Source of the DNA: Alphaproteobacteria bacterium
GTDB taxonomy: Bacteria; Pseudomonadota; Alphaproteobacteria; MPNO01; UBA830
DNA: 64,000 nucleotides
Direction: 5' to 3'
NCBI GenBank assembly: GCA_965243135.1
Contig: OZ251539.1
Span: 3,392,001 to 3,456,000, forward strand
In this document: positions 57,597-64,000 of the stretch, piece after piece
How positions within the stretch are numbered: the stretch's first letter is position 1
Layout: each line of letters opens with the position of its first letter
Translations under genes and position numbers: made by a program
The notes under the pieces: model-generated
Told to the model about the DNA's origin: nothing
What the model saw: only the letters and a program-made list of their open reading frames with translations
The model's database searches: none

Positions 57597-58118
57597 ATGA
57601 CCGCCCCCGTTCCCCTCAATCTCATGAAGTGGATCGACGATCACGCCGACGTGCTGAAGCCGCCCGTCGGCAACGCCCAATTCTGGGAGGACGGCGACTT
57701 CATCGTCACCGTGGTCGGAGGTCCCAACGTCCGAACCGACTATCACGACGACCCCGGCGACGAGTTCTTCTATCAGCTTCGCGGCGACATGGTTCTTCGG
57801 ATCATGGAGGAAGGCGAACCCAGGGACGTTCCGATCCGGGAGGGAGAGGTGCTGATGCTTCCCGCCCACACGCCGCACTCGCCGCAGCGTCCGTCGGAAA
57901 CGGTCGGCCTGGTGATCGAACGGGTCCGGCAACCCGGGGAGCTCGACGCCTTCGAATGGTATTGCGAAAAATGCGACGCGAAGGTCTACCGCCACGAGGT
58001 CGAGGTCACGGATCTGGTTCGCGATCTGCCGCCTGTTTTCGAAAAATACTACGGCGACCCGGCGTTGCGCGTCTGCAGCCGCTGCGGCCACGGCAACCCG
58101 GGAAAACCGGACAGCTGA
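57597..58118 (+). CDS. nbaC: 3-hydroxyanthranilate 3,4-dioxygenase
   Basis: LKPPVGN, VGGPN.RTDYH, EFFYQ, PHSPQR, WYC..C and C..CG rubredoxin-like site. Confidence 0.95.
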   Translation: MTAPVPLNLMKWIDDHADVLKPPVGNAQFWEDGDFIVTVVGGPNVRTDYHDDPGDEFFYQLRGDMVLRIMEEGEPRDVPIREGEVLMLPAHTPHSPQRPSETVGLVIERVRQPGELDAFEWYCEKCDAKVYRHEVEVTDLVRDLPPVFEKYYGDPALRVCSRCGHGNPGKPDS

Positions 58119-58234
58119 AGCGGCCCGTCCGGCTCGCGTCGGACGGAACGGCGGCGCCGGCCGGAACCGGGATTGTCCGGGCGCCGCCGGACTGTTAGGT
58201 TCCGCGCCGCTTCAGGGATTTGCGGACCGAAGAA

Positions 58235-58801
58235 ATGAAAATCCAGGCGAATGCGATCCGGGCCGGCAACGTCATCGAGCATGACGGCAAGCAATGGAAC
58301 GTCCTGAAAACCGAACTGCTGCTGCCCGGCAAGGGCAGCGCGTTCGTTCAGGTGGAGATGCGCGACGTCAAGTCGGGCAACAAGACAAACGAGCGGTTTC
58401 GCACTTCCGAGAGCGTCGAAAAGCTTATGGTCGAGGAGAAGGGCTGCACCTTTCTGTTCGAAAACGGCGACGAGTTTTCGTTCATGGACTCCGAAACCTA
58501 CGAGCAGTTCACCCTGTCCAGGGACGTCATCGGCGATTCCGCAGCTTTCGTGCGCGACGGCATGGAGGTGACGGCGGAGTTGATCGACGGCGCCGTCACC
58601 AGTGTCAGGCTGCCGCAACATGTCGTCGTGGAAGTGAAGGAGGCCGACCCGGTGGTCAAGGGCCAGACCGCGTCTTCGTCGTACAAACCGGCCGTCATCG
58701 ATAACGGCATGCGCGTAATGGTCCCGCCGCACATCGAGGCGGGCACGCGCATCGTCGTCAGCACGGGAGACGCCTCCTACGTCGAGCGCGCCAAGGACTG
58801 A
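58235..58801 (+). CDS. efp: Elongation factor P
   Basis: PGKG.AFVQ, FMD.ETYEQ, KGQTASSSYKPA, VPPHI. Confidence 0.96.
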   Translation: MKIQANAIRAGNVIEHDGKQWNVLKTELLLPGKGSAFVQVEMRDVKSGNKTNERFRTSESVEKLMVEEKGCTFLFENGDEFSFMDSETYEQFTLSRDVIGDSAAFVRDGMEVTAELIDGAVTSVRLPQHVVVEVKEADPVVKGQTASSSYKPAVIDNGMRVMVPPHIEAGTRIVVSTGDASYVERAKD

Positions 58802-59240
58802 CCGCTTGCCTTCGGGCCCGAGGCGCGGGCCGATTTGAAGGACGCCTCCCCGACGGCCGTCCCGAAGCCCCTCGCCGGGAACATTCCGCGGCGGCGTATG
58901 TCGGACCGCTTCAATGGGGCGAAACCCGACGGCGACCGAAGCGAAGATCGCAGCGCCCCCTCGTCGACCGTCCGCGCGGAGTCCGACCGCGGGACGGTCC
59001 CGGGCTCCGGCGACTTCATCGGCGAAGCGATCGCCGAAATTCAGCTTGGCGGGGGTGGACGCCTTTGCCCCGCGCGGGCGTCCGCAATCCGTCGCGCAGC
59101 GGACAGCGAAACGGTCGCGATCTCAAAGCCGGAGTCGATAGCGGGTATGGATTTTTCGAAATCCGGATCGTATAAACGTCCGCCTTCGGTGCGGAACGGT
59201 CGTGGAAAGGTCGTCGCGCGCCCGCGACCTGGAAGCTTTC

Positions 59241-60056
59241 ATGGCGCTGCCTACACCCCTGATCAACGTCATGAGCATGGCGGTTCGCAAGGCGGCTCGG
59301 CCGCTGGTGCGCGATTTCGGCGAAATCGAGCGATTGCAGGCGTCGCGCAAGGGGCCCGGCAAGTTCGTGACCGAAGCCGGCCGTCGAACCGAAGACATTC
59401 TCCGCGAGGAACTCCGCAGGGCGCGGCCCGGTTTCGGCTACCAATCGGCAAAGGCGGCGGATGCGGGCGGCGCGACCGAACGCTGGCTCGTCGACCCCAT
59501 CGACGGAGCCTTGAACTTTCTGCACGGCATTCCCCATTTCGGGATTTCCATCGCGGTCGAGCGCGGCGGAGATCCCGTTGCAGGAGTTGTCTATGAGCCG
59601 GTTCGCGACGAACTGTTCTGGGCCGAACGCGGCGAAGGCGCCTATCTGAACCGTCACCGCCTTCGCGTGTCCGACCGGAGCCGGATGGCGGACGCCCTGC
59701 TCGCGACCGGAAGCCCGCCCGACAGGCAAGACGGAAAGAAGTTCTTCGACCTCGCATTCGGCGACATCCTGGACCGGGCCGCAGGCGTGCGCAGGCTGGG
59801 CACCGCGTCGCTCGACCTTTGCTACGTCGCCGCCGGCCGATTCGAAGGCTTCTGGGATATCGGCCCGTCGTTCCGGACAGTAGCGGCCGGCGCGGTGGTC
59901 GTCCGCGAAGCCGGCGGTATGGTCAACCGCCTTGGGGATGGCGGCGACGCGCCTGCCGGCAACCCGTTCGTCGCCGCCAATCAGCGATTGCACGACGAAC
60001 TCCACCGGATGCTCGACGAAGCGCTGCGCCGCGCGAACCCCGAAGCGACGGAATAA
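59241..60056 (+). CDS. suhB: Inositol monophosphatase family SuhB-like protein with degenerate active site
   Basis: RDFGEIERLQ.S.KGPG.FV, W.VDPIDG..NFLHGIPHF, RRLG.ASLDL.YVAAGR, EAGG; follows efp. Confidence 0.85.
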   Translation: MALPTPLINVMSMAVRKAARPLVRDFGEIERLQASRKGPGKFVTEAGRRTEDILREELRRARPGFGYQSAKAADAGGATERWLVDPIDGALNFLHGIPHFGISIAVERGGDPVAGVVYEPVRDELFWAERGEGAYLNRHRLRVSDRSRMADALLATGSPPDRQDGKKFFDLAFGDILDRAAGVRRLGTASLDLCYVAAGRFEGFWDIGPSFRTVAAGAVVVREAGGMVNRLGDGGDAPAGNPFVAANQRLHDELHRMLDEALRRANPEATE

Positions 60057-60519
60057 AGGGCCGTTTCGCGGCGCATACGGGCATCTTGTATCGCAATCCG
60101 CGCAGAATTATATTACGCGAACAATGCGCGCCTTCCGCCCGGCGAAATTTAACGATGCGGCGAGGTCGCTGTCTCGCCGAGAGGAATTCATGATCGTGTG
60201 CCCGTCTTCGCGACGTTCTTCAGGCTGCCGCCGTCCGTGCGACCGGACGCGCCGACTATGAAGGATACGCTGAACCGGCGGCGGGCGGTTCGGGAGCTTC
60301 GGCGGTGAATGGATCCGCAGCCGCGCCGCCAGCGACGCGTCGCCCGGCAAGCGGAACGTCCGGACATCTCTTGCGCCGCGCGATGCGCGGAGCGAACGAA
60401 AGGCGTCCCGCCGGGAGACGGGACGCTCCCGCGGCCGCCCGCGGTTTCGCCGGGCCGGAGCGGCGTTTCGACGGCGGAACGAGGCGCGCAAGCGAGCGCC
60501 GCGCCGCGCAGGCCGAAAA

Positions 60520-61668
60520 ATGACTCATCCGCGACGATATCTTCTCCGAATGCTGGTCTTTCTCGTCGCGGTCGGCGCATTCGGGTTTCTGCTGGGCGAG
60601 GGTCTGATAAGCGCCTTCATGGCGAATCCGGGATTCAACGGCTTCATCGTCGGCGCGCTGCTGCTCGGCACCGTTTACATCATCCGTACCGTGCTGATTC
60701 TGGTTCGCGACGTCGCCTGGTTGGAGAGCTTTCGCAGCAACCGGCCGGGTTTGTCCGTCGTTCCGAAGCCTCAAATGCTCGCGCCGATGGCGGTCATGCT
60801 CGGCGACCGGCCGGAGAAGTTCAGCCTTTCCGCGACGGCGATGCGCTCGCTGCTCGACGGCATCTCCGCGCGGCTCGACGAATCGCGGGACATCTCGCGC
60901 TACATGATCGGCCTGCTCATATTTCTGGGTCTGCTCGGCACCTTCTGGGGCCTTATGCAGACGATCGGAGCGATAAGCGCCGTCATCGCCGACCTTTCCG
61001 TGAACGACGGCGGGCTCGACTCGGTGTTCAACGATCTCAAGCGCGGGTTGCAGTCTCCGCTTGCCGGCATGGGCACCGCTTTTTCGTCGTCGCTCTTCGG
61101 CCTCGCGGGTTCGCTGGTGCTGGGATTTCTGGAACTGCAGGCGGGACAGGCGCAGAATCGCTTTTACAACGACCTCGAAGACTGGCTGTCGACGCAGACC
61201 AAGCTCGGATCGGGAACGCTCGGGATCGACAGCGACCAAAACGTTCCGGCCTACGTGCAGGCGCTTCTCGAACAGACGGCCGACAGTCTCGAGAACCTGC
61301 AACGAACGCTGCAACGGGGCGAAGAGGCCAGGGTCGGCGCGAATGTCGGCGTCTCCCGCCTCACGGAAAAGATCGGCACGCTGACCGACCAGATGAAGAC
61401 GGAACAGACGCTGATGGCGCAACTCGCCGAACACCAGCTGGCCCTCAAGCCGATCCTGACCCGTCTCGACGAGAATTTCGCGCGCTCGAACGCCGAGGAC
61501 GCGGCCGCGGAGGAAATTCGCGGGCACCTGCGCAGCATCGATGCGCATCTCGCGCGCCTGCTCGAAGAAATGGCCAGCGGCCGCACGCAAACGGTGCAGG
61601 AGTTCCGGTCGGAAATACGCGTGCTGGCGCGCACGATCGCGGCGGCCGCCGAAAAGTCGGGACGCTAG
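60520..61668 (+). CDS. MotA/TolQ/ExbB proton channel family protein
   Basis: GLLIFLGLLGTFWGL, GMGTAFSSSLFGL; C-terminal coiled coil. Confidence 0.88.
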   Translation: MTHPRRYLLRMLVFLVAVGAFGFLLGEGLISAFMANPGFNGFIVGALLLGTVYIIRTVLILVRDVAWLESFRSNRPGLSVVPKPQMLAPMAVMLGDRPEKFSLSATAMRSLLDGISARLDESRDISRYMIGLLIFLGLLGTFWGLMQTIGAISAVIADLSVNDGGLDSVFNDLKRGLQSPLAGMGTAFSSSLFGLAGSLVLGFLELQAGQAQNRFYNDLEDWLSTQTKLGSGTLGIDSDQNVPAYVQALLEQTADSLENLQRTLQRGEEARVGANVGVSRLTEKIGTLTDQMKTEQTLMAQLAEHQLALKPILTRLDENFARSNAEDAAAEEIRGHLRSIDAHLARLLEEMASGRTQTVQEFRSEIRVLARTIAAAAEKSGR

Positions 61669-61680
61669 GTTCTCGGAGAC

Positions 61681-63084
61681 ATGCCGGGCGCCCTCAACCG
61701 CCAGCGCCGAACGCTCGACATTTGGCCGGGTTTCGTCGACGCCCTCGCGGCCCTGTTGATGATCATCATCTTTTTGGTGCTCGTCTTCACGCTGGCGCAG
61801 TTCTTCCTTAGTCAGGCCCTGTCCGGGCGAAACCAGGCGCTCGAGAGACTCACCCGGCAGGTCGACGAGTTGGCGCAGATGCTGTCGCTGGAGCGGGCCT
61901 CTTCGGCCGGGCTGCGCGACAGTCTCGCCCGGATTTCCGCCGATCTCGACGCCGCGGTCGCCGACAACGAAAGGCTGTCGAGCCGGCTCGCGGAAGTCAT
62001 GCCGCAAAGCGAGGCCCTCGAGACGCAGCTCGCGGAAACCGTCCGCGAGCGCGACCTGCTTCAGGCGCGCCTGAACGAGCGAGCCGCGGCTGCGGCGGAA
62101 ACCGCCGCGGAACTCGAGGAGGCGCGCAAGCTCGTCGAGGCGGACAAGGAGACGATCGCCCTCCAGCTACGGCAGATCGTGCAGCTCAACCGCGACATCG
62201 AGGCGCTGCGCAAGGTCCGCGGCGATCTCGAAAAGCGAGTCGCGGACATGGCCTCGACGATCGCCGACCGAGACAGTACCGTCACCGCGCTTCGCGATCG
62301 ATCGGCGGAACTCGAAGCGCGCCTGTCTACGGAACGCGAACGAACGGCGCTGGCGCAAAAGGAGATCGAGGAAAAAACGCTGACCGTTCGGGAACTCAGC
62401 GCGCAGACGCGGCGCATTGGCGAGGAACTCTCGGACGAGCAACGGGAAAACCTCCGCGCCCGGCGCGAAATAGAATTGCTCAACAGAAACCTCGCGGTTC
62501 TCCGTCAACAGCTGGCGCGATTGAATGCGGCCCTCGAAGCCTCCGAAGCGAAGGCGAGCGAACAGGAAATCCAGATCGTCAGCCTCGGAAAGAGGCTGAA
62601 CGAAGCGCTCGCATCCAAGGTCGCGGAACTTGCGCGTTACCGCTCCGAATTCTTCGGCCGCCTTCGGGCGGTGCTTGGGGAGCGGCGCGAGATCCGCATC
62701 GAAGGCGACCGCTTCGTTTTTCAGTCCGAAGTTCTGTTCTCTTCCGGTTCCGCCGACCTCAGTTCGAGCGGCCGGCAGCAGATCGATCGTCTGGCGGATA
62801 CGCTGATCGATATTTCGGGCCGGATTCCGGACGATTTGAACTGGGTGCTGCGGGTCGACGGACATACGGACCGCATTCCGATCAAGACTCCGCTATACGC
62901 CTCGAACTGGGAGCTTTCGGCGGCGCGGGCGATATCGGTGGTAAAGCAGTTGCTGGAAAGAGGCATACCGGCGACGCGGCTGGTCGCCGCCGGGTTCGGG
63001 GAGTTTCAGCCGCTCGACGACGGCAAATCCGTGGAGGCGCTCCGCCGCAACCGCCGCATCGAGTTCAAGTTGACCCAGCGCTGA
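61681..63084 (+). CDS. Peptidoglycan-binding OmpA/MotB domain protein with long coiled coil
   Basis: WPGFVDAL TM segment, GHTD, SNWELSAARA, NRRIE. Confidence 0.9.
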   Translation: MPGALNRQRRTLDIWPGFVDALAALLMIIIFLVLVFTLAQFFLSQALSGRNQALERLTRQVDELAQMLSLERASSAGLRDSLARISADLDAAVADNERLSSRLAEVMPQSEALETQLAETVRERDLLQARLNERAAAAAETAAELEEARKLVEADKETIALQLRQIVQLNRDIEALRKVRGDLEKRVADMASTIADRDSTVTALRDRSAELEARLSTERERTALAQKEIEEKTLTVRELSAQTRRIGEELSDEQRENLRARREIELLNRNLAVLRQQLARLNAALEASEAKASEQEIQIVSLGKRLNEALASKVAELARYRSEFFGRLRAVLGERREIRIEGDRFVFQSEVLFSSGSADLSSSGRQQIDRLADTLIDISGRIPDDLNWVLRVDGHTDRIPIKTPLYASNWELSAARAISVVKQLLERGIPATRLVAAGFGEFQPLDDGKSVEALRRNRRIEFKLTQR

Positions 63085-63420
63085 CGGGGGCCGAAAACCG
63101 CCGAGGTCGCCCTCGCGGCGATCGCCGAAAAGAGCGTCGAAAGCGCTCGCGAGGGACCGGCACCCTGCCGGGGGCTCGGGTAGCGGGACCATCCGCCATG
63201 GGGGGACACGGTGCGAACCGGCGGCAAGGTGGAAAGCGACATCGCGCCGGACGCCTGCGCAGAGAGAAGCGCATGTCATCGCACGAACTGCAGTTGCCGC
63301 GGTCGCGGAACGGCTGGCGATCCAAGGGCTGGCCCGTCGGAACCAGCGGCCGTTATGCGCTTGCGCAGCCTGCATGGGAACACCTCGGCCGGACCGTCCA
63401 AGTCGGCCGCCCATCACGGC

Positions 63421-63869
63421 ACTTGTCCACTGCACAAGTCGCCCGACGCCGCGGAACATGTCCACTGCGCAAGTTGACAGGGACCGGATCGCCCAGGCCG
63501 GTGACCAAGTCGACCACCCAACGGGAAGCTTGTTCACTGCACAAGTCGGCGACGGCCGTGCCAACTTGTCCACTGCACAAGTCGCCCGACGCCGCGAACA
63601 TGTCCACTGCGCAAGTTGACAGGGACCGGACCGCCCAGGCCGGTGACCAAGTCGACCACCCAACGGGAAGCTTGTTCACTGCACAAGTCGGCGACGGCCG
63701 TGCCAACTTGTCCACTGCACAAGTCGCCCGACGCCGCGGAACATGTCCACTGCGCAAGTTGACAGGGACCGGACCGCCCAGGCCGGTGATCAAGTCGACC
63801 ACCCAACGGGAAGCTTGTTCACTGCACAAGTCGGCGACGGCCGTGCCAACTTGTCCACTGCACAAGTCG
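63421..63869. repeat. Tandem array: three 142-143-bp units built from about 36-bp subunits with palindromic core ACTTGT-CCACTGC-ACAAGT
   Basis: Units start at 63421, 63564 and 63706, with a final core at 63849; CAAGT(C/T)G recurs every 34-36 bp from 63399. Confidence 0.93.
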
Positions 63870-64000
63870 AGGCGCTTACCGAACTGATGGAAATGCACAG
63901 CATGATCTTGGTGCGCTGCAACTTACTGCGCCACCTGACAAACGCTCATGATCGGTGCCTGCTCGCCCCGTAGCATGTAACTGGTGGTTTTGCTGGTGTC

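Noticed and set aside
63421-63869. Canonical CRISPR array
   Set aside because: Linkers are only 14-16 nt and recur periodically; cores vary; no cas genes in the window

Overview
High-GC alphaproteobacterial chromosome segment; Rhodospirillales-like gene order, possibly a host-associated lineage such as a sponge symbiont (inference). Housekeeping backbone: purN-purM, DUF2066/pgsA-like/hda, rnd, aspS, ilvE/marR, thiD-glmM-folP-ftsH-tilS-cpoB-pal, tolB-tolA-tolR-tolQ-ybgC-ruvBAC-yebC-ymdB-ygfA-6S RNA-zapA, fbaB-thiE, epmA, efp, a suhB-like gene and a MotA/OmpA-like pair. Accessory material is interleaved: an intact 1648-bp IS (18-bp IRs, 9-bp target duplication) splitting rmuC; a decayed type I R-M/TA island with a VapC-HsdM fusion; a CoxLMS-like molybdo-hydroxylase cluster; a HigBA(ImmA) module; and two AAA-ATPase/PD-(D/E)XK cassettes that share leaderless promoters and an upstream non-coding element. 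The most unusual signals are: (1) a 37-bp palindrome-containing duplication of the fbaB 3' end around a 39-bp AT-rich insert, with CRISPR repeat-spacer-repeat geometry; (2) a hierarchical 36-bp/143-bp array at the right end; (3) a SuhB lacking its catalytic motifs; (4) two core genes (purM, thiE) with no canonical start codon. All calls come from reading motifs by eye; no database searches were run.
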